62,521 nucleotides of DNA, filler included, from an uncultured bacterium (GCA_964449065.1; 6 parts of 6 records of this genome joined end to end with filler, not necessarily neighbours in it), one strand, 5' to 3'. Shown: positions 37,817 through 48,682, counted from the first letter of the whole stretch. Numbers and translations: made by a program. Notes: generated from the sequence alone by a model not told the origin.

Positions 37817-38346
37817 GTTTGCTCTTCCCTTATCCGTATTCCGCTGAAGCGGATGTTTAAGCGCAGTTGGCTGCCGTCACCGGTGCTGTCGCTGAGTTCC
37901 ATGTTTTCAACGTGCAGCGAGAGTTCATCGGTTTCAAGTTCATACAAAAAGCGGCTGATTTCTTCTAAATTGCCCTGGGCGACGGCAAAGCATTCCAGTG
38001 TGATGAAATTCTCACCGCTTTCGTTCCATTGCGGCTTGAATGAAAGCAGTTCGATACGGCTGTCGTTGATCCAGGCGTCTACCGATTTCAGGACTTGGTT
38101 TTCGGCTGCCGAAACGCTTTCGGGCAGGTCGCTTTGCCGCATATCCCGCCAGGTATCACGGATCACTTGTTCGCGGCTTAATAAGATTTTTCCTTTTTGC
38201 AGGGATTGATCCAAGAATAAAATTTTTTCCGCAGTCTCTTGGTAATAGGTCATCAACGGCGTTAACACCAAACGGTCACCCGCCAGCAAGCCCAGCGTGA
38301 CAGCGGCCAATAGCAGCAATAGTTGTTCACGGTTTTTTCTGTTCAT
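37813..38346 (-). CDS. GspM/PilO-like protein
   Basis: REQLLL-TM, coiled coil, GNLEEISRFLYELE. Confidence 0.7.
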   Translation of the reverse strand: MNRKNREQLLLLLAAVTLGLLAGDRLVLTPLMTYYQETAEKILFLDQSLQKGKILLSREQVIRDTWRDMRQSDLPESVSAAENQVLKSVDAWINDSRIELLSFKPQWNESGENFITLECFAVAQGNLEEISRFLYELETDELSLHVENMELSDSTGDGSQLRLNIRFSGIRIREEQT

Positions 38347-38350
38347 GAAC

Positions 38351-39766
38351 TTATCCTTCTACCCATAAAAATTGCAGCGAATACTGCAAGGGCTCTTTTC
38401 CGGTCATTTGGCGAACCTGCAAGGCTTCGATGGCTTCGACTTCGTTCAGCGAATCAATGGTTTCCAGCAACATTTCATTTTGGTTGGCAAATCCGGAAAA
38501 GGTAATGAACGATTCGTTTTCGATCTGTACGGTTTTTACCCAAATGCTTCCATCATCGGGAAAGCGTTCGGTCAAAATTTTGAGCACCGACAAACTGGGG
38601 ATTTTGCGGTTAAACCAGGGGCGAAACTGTTTGACGTTATTTTGTATGGCTTCGACTTCAGTGACTTGTTCTTCGATTTTCGCCCACTGGGATGAAAGGT
38701 TGGAGTAGTTCCAGTGCTGATAGCCGAATACCATGAAAAACAATACGATGACGACAGCGGCCACTTCGCCAATGACCACATTCCGTTTGGATGACATCCG
38801 TTCGAACAAACGTTGAATGGGGCTGATATATGGCGGCAGAAATTCCAGCGCGGATTGTTTGTTGGTTAGATAAGCATACGCCGCCGAGGCGGACGCGCTG
38901 TAAAGGGCTTCCATACCGGGCGAGTTTGAGTCTTTAACATGCAAGGGGATTTTGCCGGTCACGATGTTCGCGTTACGGCACTGCGGCAGCGATTGAATTA
39001 TGCCGCGCAGCGAACCACACCATTGGTCATTGCCGTACACAGCAACACCGGTTAAGGCGTGGCGGATATCGGAAGGAATCTGCCCGAGCGTGATACGCAG
39101 ATCCCGTCTAATGTCTTCAAGGTGCATGCCGGGATCATCGGCGTATTCTGCGCTTTGTTGCTTAAAATGACGTGCCAGGATAATGGAAGAAGCCGATACG
39201 ACAAAGCAATCTATGCCTTGCTCACGCTTTTGCAGGATCAATTGGACCTCATCGCCGGCGGTGTCAAAAACAGCCGTTCCAAGGGTGAGACTGCACAGGT
39301 TAAGATTGGCCTGCTGCAAGACTTCTTTAATTTTTTCCACTTGGCGGATGGGCAAGGCGGAAACCAGCGTGTAGACCTGTTCTTGCGGACTGGTGTACCG
39401 CGAGACGGCGATGGATAGATCCTGCGCCGGATAAGGAAACTCGCGCTCAGCGTGAAGGGCTATATAACTGTGTTCATCTTCTTTCGAGAGATTGGGCATT
39501 TTTAACGGGTGGGATATCACCCATTGCAAGGGCACACAGAATACACAACGGGTTTCATGGATACCAGCCGCTTGCAGGTGATTGCGTATTTCCCTTGCGA
39601 CCAATTCCGTTTCGCCGGAGAGCAAATCCAACGCCATTTCGGCGTGGCCGTTTTTTTGCAAGCAGATACCATCGCCATTGGCCGTCAGGACAGAGAAGGT
39701 CAACACATTGCTGTCGAAGGCCATGCCCAATACGGATTTAGGAACGGATTGTTGAAATAAGTTCAT
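38351..39766 (-). CDS. GspL-like (PilM-like cytoplasmic domain, TM, PilN-like domain)
   Basis: Architecture and operon position; PilN-like IWVKTVQI...ITFSGFA. Confidence 0.7.
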   Translation of the reverse strand: MNLFQQSVPKSVLGMAFDSNVLTFSVLTANGDGICLQKNGHAEMALDLLSGETELVAREIRNHLQAAGIHETRCVFCVPLQWVISHPLKMPNLSKEDEHSYIALHAEREFPYPAQDLSIAVSRYTSPQEQVYTLVSALPIRQVEKIKEVLQQANLNLCSLTLGTAVFDTAGDEVQLILQKREQGIDCFVVSASSIILARHFKQQSAEYADDPGMHLEDIRRDLRITLGQIPSDIRHALTGVAVYGNDQWCGSLRGIIQSLPQCRNANIVTGKIPLHVKDSNSPGMEALYSASASAAYAYLTNKQSALEFLPPYISPIQRLFERMSSKRNVVIGEVAAVVIVLFFMVFGYQHWNYSNLSSQWAKIEEQVTEVEAIQNNVKQFRPWFNRKIPSLSVLKILTERFPDDGSIWVKTVQIENESFITFSGFANQNEMLLETIDSLNEVEAIEALQVRQMTGKEPLQYSLQFLWVEG

Positions 39767-41102
39767 TGCCGCTTTCCTTTAATCGTCTTTGCTCTTCGCG
39801 AATCACTTCACCCAATGCCCATCCCATCCGGGTCATGTCTTTGCGGTAGCGAATAACGGGTGTGCCGTCACTGATATCAATGATATATTTGACGCGGCGG
39901 TATCCTTTTCCGTCGTTGCCGACCGCGGTGATATCGGCGGTGTATTGATAGGCTTGGGCGGTGATGGTTTCTCCCAGTTGATTCATGGTGTCTTCATCCA
40001 GCACTTCAGCCACCCAGGCCACGGATGTGAGCGCATCGGGATTGGCATTGCGGTAATTCACGATCTGACGCGCTTTGTCTTCGTCCATACCGGGCAGGCA
40101 AACCAGCACTTCAAACCGCGCGGTGTTGATATTGACCAAGCCTTCAGTATACGGTTCATCGGATAGACTAATGGCTTGGTTGATTTGGGCGAATTCATCC
40201 GCGGTTAATCCGCTTTGATTGTAAAATTGCAACATGCTGGTGTATCCGGCCCCTCCGGCTGCGATGGAGAGTTCGGCGGCGCGTTCCGCCCCTAACGTTT
40301 CTTCTAACAATTGCGTCAATGCTTCGGAATTGTCTCCATTCACATTGATTTTTTGCTCACTGTTTTCATCCAAATTGGATTGCCGGCTGTAGACCGTGAC
40401 AAAATCCATGATTCCGGATTTCAACGTTCTATCCTGGTCATCAAACGGCAAAGATACTTCACCGTCTTGTTCGTTCGGATCTAAAAAACCGTTCAGGTTG
40501 GTGTCTTCTCCAAATAGATAGTCCCATTCGGCGTACTGAACCAGCAGCAATTCATCCACCGTATCGAACGGGGCGTTTTTGGCTTCATAGCCGGGTTGGC
40601 GTAATAAATAGGTTTCCGATTCGGCACCGTTTTCGGTTCGTTCATCGTCTTCATCGCGCCAATCGATGATGGCGGCAGCGAATTCCGGTGTCATATCCGG
40701 CAGTTTTTCCAGCATCTCTTGTGTAGCAGTGTTGAGATTCAGTTTGGATGCTTCATCGACAAGCCCAAACGCCGGATATTCGTACATATCAGTTCGTTCT
40801 TCTTCGCTTCTGCCGATCAGCCAAAAGCGGGCATCTCCAACAGTGACCAACTCGTCACGAAACGTTTCATCCGGATCAAACTCACCGTGATCGCTGTTGC
40901 GTAAGGCGTACTCGATATAACGCAGCGCGCCTTCAATGGCGTGTTCGGCTTGAATGCCTGATAGTGTGTTGTCTCCGGCACGGTATGACAGCATCATGGA
41001 TTGGCCGAATAACAACGCCACGGTTACCAATCCGGTACTGATCCATAAAACAATTATAAGAATGGCTCCGCGTTTTTGATTGCAGAGAGGTGAAAGAATC
41101 AT
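39738..41102 (-). CDS. gspK: Minor pseudopilin GspK
   Basis: KRGAILIIVLW prepilin site, DEASKLNLN, IIDWRD, KNAPFDTVDELLLV, VNINTA...LPG HhH. Confidence 0.9.
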   Translation of the reverse strand: MILSPLCNQKRGAILIIVLWISTGLVTVALLFGQSMMLSYRAGDNTLSGIQAEHAIEGALRYIEYALRNSDHGEFDPDETFRDELVTVGDARFWLIGRSEEERTDMYEYPAFGLVDEASKLNLNTATQEMLEKLPDMTPEFAAAIIDWRDEDDERTENGAESETYLLRQPGYEAKNAPFDTVDELLLVQYAEWDYLFGEDTNLNGFLDPNEQDGEVSLPFDDQDRTLKSGIMDFVTVYSRQSNLDENSEQKINVNGDNSEALTQLLEETLGAERAAELSIAAGGAGYTSMLQFYNQSGLTADEFAQINQAISLSDEPYTEGLVNINTARFEVLVCLPGMDEDKARQIVNYRNANPDALTSVAWVAEVLDEDTMNQLGETITAQAYQYTADITAVGNDGKGYRRVKYIIDISDGTPVIRYRKDMTRMGWALGEVIREEQRRLKESGNELISTIRS

Positions 41103-41854
41103 CGTCCACCTCCCCGGTTGCCGCCATTGTTTTGTGCGCCTGGCCCGCCACGGCCGCCACCACCGCGACCGCCTTGACCGCCTTGGTTACCGCCGCCGCC
41201 CGCGAACCCGCCGCCGGTGGACGCGGGTTGGGGTGAAGCGGATTCTTCCTCCCCGCCGGATGAAGCGGAATCTGTCTCTTCTTCGTCTTCTTCGAAACGC
41301 TCCGAACGGATGGGGACTAAGAATTCTAGAGATTCCACGTTTTCTTCCTGCGGATTCTCTTTATAGGCCAACTGAACTTTTATTGCTTCTGGCATGGGTG
41401 GATCTTGCGTGGTTGAGTCCCATTCGTTGTGCCAGGTTTCTCCGTCATAAAACTGAAACGCCAGGCTTTCGACCGAATCCATCAACCGGTTTTGCAGGGG
41501 ATCGTCTTCGTATTCGGTATAAATGTTCCGGTAGATGTGGCGTACCAATGATACCGAATCGGTTTGCGGGTCGTTCTCGTTGGGAACCAACGCATACACG
41601 ATCTTTTGCACATCGCTTTCATAAGCGCCCGGGCTTATGAAGCCGGTTGAGCTGAAGAACGCCAGCTGATCTTTACGCGCACCGCCTGATTCTTCGTATT
41701 GGCTGATCAACCAAATCGTGGCATCGCTGTTAGCCGGAATGGTATTGAGTAAATCACGCTTTAACACCGACTTTGCCTGCACGCGCGCAATCCGTTCGTT
41801 CGCCATTGCCTGCGCCTGGTCGCGCATGCGCATGGCGTTTTGCAGCAACATGCT
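41099..41854 (-). CDS. GspJ-like minor pseudopilin, 5' end cut by contig edge
   Basis: LKRDL, FQFYDGETWHNEW, PEAIKVQL; Gly/Arg-rich tail; upstream of gspK. Confidence 0.75.
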   Translation of the reverse strand, partial: SMLLQNAMRMRDQAQAMANERIARVQAKSVLKRDLLNTIPANSDATIWLISQYEESGGARKDQLAFFSSTGFISPGAYESDVQKIVYALVPNENDPQTDSVSLVRHIYRNIYTEYEDDPLQNRLMDSVESLAFQFYDGETWHNEWDSTTQDPPMPEAIKVQLAYKENPQEENVESLEFLVPIRSERFEEDEEETDSASSGGEEESASPQPASTGGGFAGGGGNQGGQGGRGGGGRGGPGAQNNGGNRGGGR

Positions 41855-42024
41855 NNNNNNNNNNNNNNNNNNNNNNNNNNNNNNNNNNNNNNNNNNNNTT
41901 AATTAATTAANNNNNNNNNNNNNNNNNNNNNNNNNNNNNNNNNNNNNNNNNNNNGATCGGTGTATTCCCCGGCAGTTTTAAACAGATGCAGTTTTAAACA
42001 GATAGTAAATACAGGTAGGCCGCT

Positions 42025-45000
42025 ATGGTCACAATGAACGCCATCCTCAATATTAACGCGCGCGGGCTGGAGGCCGCGAAAGCGGGGCTTGATGTCACCG
42101 GGCAAAACATCGCCAACGCCAATACCGATGGCTACTCCCGCCAACGGGTGGTACAGCGCGCCGCCGATGCCATCAACCTTCCGCAAGGAATCTTCGGCCA
42201 GGGCGTGGAACTCCTGACCGTCGAACGCATTCGCGACGCTTTTTTAGAGAGCCAAATTCGGGGAGTCAACAGCGACAAAGCCTTTAACGAAGAACTCGAC
42301 CGCCTCTTTTTGCGTATGGAAGCCGTGCTGAGCGACCCGCTCGCCCCGGTCGGCGTGGATGACGCCACCGATTTGGGCGGTATCAACAACCTGCTCTCCC
42401 GCTTTTTTCAATCGCTGAACGACTTATCCGCCACCCCCGACCGTCCGGAAACCCGGCAGGCCGTCATCGATAACGGTTTATCTCTCGCAACCACGTTCAA
42501 CTTCGCCGCGGAAGAACTTAACACCATCCAAAACGATCTCAACGAGCGCGTCATCTTACTTTCCGAAGACGTAAACCGCAAAGCCGAACAAATCGCCAAA
42601 CTCAACCAACGCATCGCGATCAACGAGGTGGGCGGAAAAAATTCGTCCAACGATCTGCGCGACCAGCGCGATCAACTCTTATCTGACCTATCCGAAATCA
42701 TCCCCATCCGCACCGCCGACGGCACCAACGGTATGATTGATGTCACGTTGGCAGGCCAACGCATTGTTGATGGAGTTGAATTTACACCACTACAGATCGA
42801 AATAAACGATCAACCCGATTCCACCCAATTGGCCAATATTCGAATCGGGCGGAGCGGATTGAATATCGAAGACGATATCATTCGGCAAGGCAAACTCGGC
42901 GCAACTCTGGAAGCGCGTGACCGCATTGTTCCCTTTATGGAAAATGAAATCAACACTCTGTCGCGCGCCATTATGTTTGAGATCAACAAAATTCACAGTG
43001 CCTCATCCGGATTGGAAGGCCAGGAACGTCTGCAAAGTTCCTTTCGGGCTCCCAACAAAGACAGTGACTCATTCGGAAATTTCACGCTGCAACAAATCTT
43101 TAATGACAATAGCGAACGCGCCAATATCGACTCCCGTTTGCGCCCTTTTCCCGTGCAGGACGGTAGTTTTAATATCCGTGTTTCCGACGATGAAAACAAT
43201 ACCCGCGATGTATTTGCCGTGGATGTTAACACCACCGATACCCTCAACGACATTGTGGACCGCATAAACCGGAGTGACGGTATCGTAAAAAAAGCCGAAT
43301 CCGCTCTTTCATTCGATCCGGTCTTCGTCCGCCGCGCGGCCGGCCAAACCGGTGCGGAAATCGAGGAACTTAACGGTCCAATCTCTCAGTTGGAAGCGCT
43401 GGAAAGCACGCCGCTAGCCGAAGCGCCCGGCCAGCAGCAATCATTTGAAATCATCGTGCGCAACGAAGGCGGCAGCCAAGTCGATATCGATCCCACCACT
43501 GCCGAAATTGACAATATCACCGTCAACTTTACCGGCGCCTTTACCATGCAGCAATTGGTAAGTGAAATTCAAACCCAAAGCAACGGGTTGGTACGGGCTT
43601 CCCTCGTGGAAAGCAAAACCGATCCCGATGTGTCCGTCCTGCAAATCGAAACCGTTAACGAAGAATTCACCTTTTCCATTCAAAACGATACCTCCGGCAT
43701 CATTCGCGGATTTGAAATGCCGATTACCGATCCCAACATCCCGCTGATTGGAGGCACCGCGACTCAGGTCGCCGCGGAATTCGCCATATCCGAAAACATC
43801 AGTTTCTTTGGAACCGGGAATCCTTCGTTCTCCCCAAACTTTCCGGGACCGCCGCCCAACGTCATCGAACCGGGACGTTTTGAGTTCGTAACTGTCGATA
43901 ACAACAACGTGCCGACTGTGACTACAATCGCGTTAAATCCGGGCGCCATTGATACCTTAAATGATTTGGAAGGGATATTGGAAAACGCCAATCCCAATAT
44001 TGATGTTGAAATAACCGACGACAACCGCTTCATCATTCGGGCGGAAAACAAGCGCTCATTTTTCTTTCAAAACGATACCACCGGCCTCATCAATGCGATG
44101 GGGTTTGATGAAATTAAAGGTTTCGGCCAAGTGGGCAAAGACAATTTCATAGACGGTTCCTTTGAAATCCTGGTCGCCAATCAAGAAGGTTCCGTGCAGA
44201 ATATTGTTGAAGTTCCCATTTCCGCCAACCCATCCCGTGTGGGCGGCATTGTTTCGCTTAACGATGTAATAGAAAGCATCAATTCCGCTGCCGGTACCGC
44301 TGCGGCTCCGGTCCGGGCATCTTTGGTGGAAGACCCGAACGATTCCTCCCGCTCTGTCATTCGGGTAGAAGCGGAAAGCGGATTCGAATTCACCTTCCGC
44401 AGCGATGATAGTTTTATCCTGTCCGCCCTGGGGTTTACCGAAGGGCCGGTGTTAACCATGAATTCCGATCCGCCCATTACCGGCGGCGCGTCGGTACAAG
44501 CGTTAGGCGACAGCATCGGCGGCATCGTCCGTGCCGAACTCACCAAAAATAACGATATCGAACTCCAAACCACTGCGCAAGAACGCCTCTCCTTCACCGG
44601 AGACACCAGCGATTTTCTCGCCGCGTCGGGGATCAACTCCCTCTTTCAAGGAACAGACGCGCTCACCATGAATGTGAACAAAGAGGTCTTAAATAATACC
44701 AACCTGCTGGCGGCTTCCAGCGACGGCAATCCCGGCAACAACGAAGCCGCGCAAGCGATGGCGGAACTCGAGGTAAAAGATACCATCAACGGACAAACCT
44801 TCAGCGAAAAATTCCGCTCGACCGTGGCAACCCTAGGGGTGGAAGGCAGCAGAGCCCGGCAGTTCTCCGAAACCAACAATGAAATTCTGCGCGAACTTCA
44901 ACTTCTGCAAGAGCAGCAATCCGGCGTATCGCTGGATGAAGAATCCATCAATCTCATCAAGTTTCAACAGGCGTTTCAAGCTTCCGCCAGAATGATCAAC

Positions 45001-45048
45001 ACCATCGATCAATTAATGGATACCATCATCAACCGGTTGGGAACCTAA
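42025..45048 (+). CDS. flgK: Flagellar hook-associated protein FlgK, enlarged
   Basis: VTGQNIANANTDGYSRQRV, NDLRDQRDQL, SGVSLDEESINLIKFQQAFQASARMI. Confidence 0.95.
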   Translation: MVTMNAILNINARGLEAAKAGLDVTGQNIANANTDGYSRQRVVQRAADAINLPQGIFGQGVELLTVERIRDAFLESQIRGVNSDKAFNEELDRLFLRMEAVLSDPLAPVGVDDATDLGGINNLLSRFFQSLNDLSATPDRPETRQAVIDNGLSLATTFNFAAEELNTIQNDLNERVILLSEDVNRKAEQIAKLNQRIAINEVGGKNSSNDLRDQRDQLLSDLSEIIPIRTADGTNGMIDVTLAGQRIVDGVEFTPLQIEINDQPDSTQLANIRIGRSGLNIEDDIIRQGKLGATLEARDRIVPFMENEINTLSRAIMFEINKIHSASSGLEGQERLQSSFRAPNKDSDSFGNFTLQQIFNDNSERANIDSRLRPFPVQDGSFNIRVSDDENNTRDVFAVDVNTTDTLNDIVDRINRSDGIVKKAESALSFDPVFVRRAAGQTGAEIEELNGPISQLEALESTPLAEAPGQQQSFEIIVRNEGGSQVDIDPTTAEIDNITVNFTGAFTMQQLVSEIQTQSNGLVRASLVESKTDPDVSVLQIETVNEEFTFSIQNDTSGIIRGFEMPITDPNIPLIGGTATQVAAEFAISENISFFGTGNPSFSPNFPGPPPNVIEPGRFEFVTVDNNNVPTVTTIALNPGAIDTLNDLEGILENANPNIDVEITDDNRFIIRAENKRSFFFQNDTTGLINAMGFDEIKGFGQVGKDNFIDGSFEILVANQEGSVQNIVEVPISANPSRVGGIVSLNDVIESINSAAGTAAAPVRASLVEDPNDSSRSVIRVEAESGFEFTFRSDDSFILSALGFTEGPVLTMNSDPPITGGASVQALGDSIGGIVRAELTKNNDIELQTTAQERLSFTGDTSDFLAASGINSLFQGTDALTMNVNKEVLNNTNLLAASSDGNPGNNEAAQAMAELEVKDTINGQTFSEKFRSTVATLGVEGSRARQFSETNNEILRELQLLQEQQSGVSLDEESINLIKFQQAFQASARMINTIDQLMDTIINRLGT

Positions 45049-45075
45049 AGATAAACAAACGTATGGGTAAATATT

Positions 45076-47814
45076 ATGGTACGAATCACACAATCTCTTT
45101 TAAGCGACCGTACACTCTTTAACCTGCAAAACAACATCAACCGGGTTGCCCGCTTGCAGGATCAACTGGCCACCGGCAGACGGGTCAACCGTCCGTCTGA
45201 TGACCCCATTGATTTCCCCTTAAGTTTAAGCCACCGCACCACCATCAACCTGGGGCAAAGCCATCTGCGCAACATTAACAACGCGCGCTCTAATCTTGAT
45301 CTGTCCGAAGCCAGCTTGAACTCACTGACCGAAGTTTTGCAAAACGTACGCCAATTGGCTGTACAAGGCGCCAACGAGACCAACGACGCCGAAGCACGAT
45401 TGGCCATTTCCGACCAGATCAAAGAACTCTTCGGCGAAGTCGTTAATCTCGCCAATTCCAACTTTAACGGGCGCTATATCTTTGGGGGCAGTTCCACTAC
45501 GAATCAGCCGTTTGTGGATAAAGACGGCGTGGTTTTATACAAAGGAGACGATTTTCAGCAGCAGGTTTCCATCAGTTTTGGGGCAACCATCACCTCCAAC
45601 ATTCACGGCCTTGAAACCTTTATGCATACCCCCAACAAAATCACCGCCTCGCTGGAAATCGAAGACACCAACGAACCGCTCGCGCAACAGTTGCGCAAAC
45701 TGCATCCCTCGTTTATGAATGCACCCCCCTTACCGGGAACGCAGCCGGGCTCCGATTTAGAAGCCTCACCCAATCCAAACAATTCACCCAGTCCCTTGCC
45801 CAACAACAACGCCGACTTTTTTATCCATGGGACAAAAGTCAAAGTCGATCTATCGGTCGATTCATTAGAAGATGTCAAAAACCGCATTAATAACACGGTG
45901 GAAGATGTAACCGCCTCCATCGATGAGCGCAACCGTTTGGTGATTACCTCGCAGCGCTCGGATCAATTGCAGTTGCAAGACGGCAGCACTGACACCACGT
46001 TCACCAAAGAGCCTCCGCAAGGCTCCAACCTCTTAACCGCGCTGGGATTAAACCGCCGCGTCGAAAGCAACCGCTCGTTAACCCAAGGGTTTCCCGCGAA
46101 TGACCCGCTCTTCGACGGCACCCAAACTCCCCCGCCGGAACGCTCGACCGTGCGCGTCCAGGGGAACTCTCAACTGTTCGTATCCGCCAATACGGGACCG
46201 TCTAATAATCAAGCGGTGCCGTTTCAAGACAACTTGGCTATTACCGATGTCGATGCCGACGGCAACGAATTGCTCGACGAAAACGAAAACCCCGTGTTCG
46301 TCAATGAGTTGGAAGCCATTCGCGTTACCATCGATGATGAAGTGATCGATATCGACCTGCGCGCCTTGACGGAAGGGCGCGATTTTAACGGCACAACCGG
46401 CGATAACGATGATCTGCCCGGTTCTGATTTGCAGGACCTGCTTAATCTCATTAACAACCATCCGCAGTTGAAAGGCAAAGCAACCGCTTTTATCAATGAT
46501 GACCAAACCGGGATCTCTATCTCAGCCACAGGAACCACCGAAACCGTGTCCGTCTCCAGCGTGCGTAAACTCTTTGGACGCGATATCACCACCCGTGTGG
46601 AAACCGATGCTAATGACGTACAAACCATCAGCCGCATGGAAAAGCTGGATTTCAGCACCAAACTTGCCAATATCCCCGGCGCGCTGGTAGATGCAGACAC
46701 AGGCAACAGCCTCGGTATCCGCAACGGCGAACCGCTTCCGGGTTCGGAAACACCGGCCACCAACGAAGGATTCATCTCCATCAATAACAATGGCGACATT
46801 CATTCCATTGATTTACGGGATGCGGAAACGATTGGTGATGTGATTCGCACCATCAATGAAAGCCCCGCACAAGTAACCGCTGCCATCAATGAAGCAGGTA
46901 CAGGTATCAACATTTCCCCGGAATTAGAGCACGACGGCGTGTTCAGTATTATGGATGTGCAAGACGGCACCATCGCCCGTGATTTGGGTCTGTTCGCTCC
47001 CCCGCCCCCGGCACAGATTCAAGATACCATCCAAACCATTTTCTCACGCACAACCCAAGCGTCCACCGTCGTGCCGGGGATGTCCGACGGCGATTTCAGT
47101 TTAGAAGTCCGCAATGGCGCCGGAGAAACCTTGGAAAACTTCACCATCCCCGTGAATACATTTGACACCATCGGGGATATCATCGACCGAATTGATGCCA
47201 TCGATGGAGAAGCAGGCCCGGGACAAGGATTGATCTCCGCCAACTTCACCAACGGCACCTTCAACATCGTCAGCAACTTTGACGGCCACACCATGCTGAT
47301 TGATGCCGCCAATGACACCACCGGCACCGATGATCTCAGCAAATTCACCCAACGCATGGGCATCGCGCAATACACCGGCGTGCGGTTTGACGGCGAGCCG
47401 GCGGAAATTTATTCCAGCAGCCAGCGCACCGCTGAAATCCTAGGCATTGCGGGAGAAGGAACACTCAATGAAGTGGAAGAAGCCAACATCTTCAAAACCA
47501 TGAAAAACCTGGAAACCGCCCTGCGCCAAAACGACACCGAAGGGATACAAGCATCACTCGATGCCATTGATGTGGATTTAGAAGAAATATTAACAACGCG
47601 TACATCCGGCGGAGCCAGGCTCAACCGGTTGGACAACACGCAAGCGCGCCTGGAAGAAGCCGAAGCGTTAATCCGCCAGCAGCTCTCATTTGTTGAAGAC
47701 GCCGATCTGGCAGAAATCATTACCGAACTCACCACCACCCAAAACGCCTTCAACGCCTCGCTGCAAGCCTCCGCCAGATCCATCCAACAAACTCTCCTGA
47801 ACTTTCTCAGATAA
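45076..47814 (+). CDS. flgL: Flagellar hook-associated protein FlgL, enlarged
   Basis: MVRITQ...LATGRRVNRPSDDP, NGRYIFGG, EDADLAE...TLLNFLR; follows flgK. Confidence 0.93.
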   Translation: MVRITQSLLSDRTLFNLQNNINRVARLQDQLATGRRVNRPSDDPIDFPLSLSHRTTINLGQSHLRNINNARSNLDLSEASLNSLTEVLQNVRQLAVQGANETNDAEARLAISDQIKELFGEVVNLANSNFNGRYIFGGSSTTNQPFVDKDGVVLYKGDDFQQQVSISFGATITSNIHGLETFMHTPNKITASLEIEDTNEPLAQQLRKLHPSFMNAPPLPGTQPGSDLEASPNPNNSPSPLPNNNADFFIHGTKVKVDLSVDSLEDVKNRINNTVEDVTASIDERNRLVITSQRSDQLQLQDGSTDTTFTKEPPQGSNLLTALGLNRRVESNRSLTQGFPANDPLFDGTQTPPPERSTVRVQGNSQLFVSANTGPSNNQAVPFQDNLAITDVDADGNELLDENENPVFVNELEAIRVTIDDEVIDIDLRALTEGRDFNGTTGDNDDLPGSDLQDLLNLINNHPQLKGKATAFINDDQTGISISATGTTETVSVSSVRKLFGRDITTRVETDANDVQTISRMEKLDFSTKLANIPGALVDADTGNSLGIRNGEPLPGSETPATNEGFISINNNGDIHSIDLRDAETIGDVIRTINESPAQVTAAINEAGTGINISPELEHDGVFSIMDVQDGTIARDLGLFAPPPPAQIQDTIQTIFSRTTQASTVVPGMSDGDFSLEVRNGAGETLENFTIPVNTFDTIGDIIDRIDAIDGEAGPGQGLISANFTNGTFNIVSNFDGHTMLIDAANDTTGTDDLSKFTQRMGIAQYTGVRFDGEPAEIYSSSQRTAEILGIAGEGTLNEVEEANIFKTMKNLETALRQNDTEGIQASLDAIDVDLEEILTTRTSGGARLNRLDNTQARLEEAEALIRQQLSFVEDADLAEIITELTTTQNAFNASLQASARSIQQTLLNFLR

Positions 47815-47985
47815 CAGGACCTACCGTTAAGAAGGGTCACACGGTTTACGCAAACGGTATATGTGAATAAAATATCCAAATAAGGATTACCAAGTTAGCA
47901 CAGCGGTAAGCCTAAGCGAAAGAAAGACTCAGCGAGTTTACTTCTCAAAAATCAAAAATACCATTGGTATAAAAGGAAAATACCT

Positions 47986-48489
47986 ATGAAAAACCTTCAC
48001 GTGATCTTTACTCTTTCCTTACTCGTAGCATGCACCCAACCACTTATTTCTACTGCCGAAGAAAAAATTGGATGGTCAATCGACAAGCCTGCCGAAACCA
48101 TTCCGGATGAAAACATCTATGGCTCCGTTTTTGGCTACAACATGTCAAACTGCGAAGTCTCGTTTTCTAAACATGGAATTGAATTTGAAACGAAGAATAA
48201 ATCCGGCTATCTGGCTAACGCTCGCTTGATCATTTTTGTCAACGAAGAAGACTATGACAAAGAAATCATCGTAACGCCACAAACAGAGGATTCGGTCCCC
48301 CACATCCACATGCATGTTAAGATCGAAGGCCGCGATCAACCCGGCATACTGATGTACACTCAGCTATACACAATGCGCTTAAAGATTAAACAGGTTTCAG
48401 AAAACAAACTCGAATGCGCCATTCACCTATCCTTGCCGGACTACAAGAAGAGTTATCTGGCCGGAAAATTCAACGCAATCCGCAACTAA
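47986..48489 (+). CDS. Hypothetical exported protein, possible lipoprotein
   Basis: AAGGA RBS, hydrophobic leader with LVAC lipobox-like motif. Confidence 0.6.
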   Translation: MKNLHVIFTLSLLVACTQPLISTAEEKIGWSIDKPAETIPDENIYGSVFGYNMSNCEVSFSKHGIEFETKNKSGYLANARLIIFVNEEDYDKEIIVTPQTEDSVPHIHMHVKIEGRDQPGILMYTQLYTMRLKIKQVSENKLECAIHLSLPDYKKSYLAGKFNAIRN

Positions 48490-48649
48490 AATGGATCGCA
48501 AACAATATAGGGCCGGCTCAATGCGCAGCGTAGCCCACCATTCGCGTTATGAAGCCTTTCTTCTTCAAAATTTCATTTTGTAAACTTATGCATAAAATTT
48601 ATCTAAAGAGGCAGATAATTGGTTGATTGATTTTTGTTCGATATTATCC

Positions 48650-48680
48650 TTTTATCCATTATAATTTGTTTAGGATAAAA
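48650..48680 (+). promoter_or_regulatory. Putative -10 box inside an inverted repeat (operator-like) upstream of the E3-like toxin
   Basis: TTTTATCC (48650-48657), TATAAT (48660-48665), GGATAAAA (48673-48680). Confidence 0.45.
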
Positions 48681-48682
48681 AG

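Noticed and set aside
41972..42003. 16-bp tandem duplication GCAGTTTTAAACAGAT upstream of flgK
   Set aside because: Within 20 nt of a contig end; cannot separate an operator from an assembly artefact
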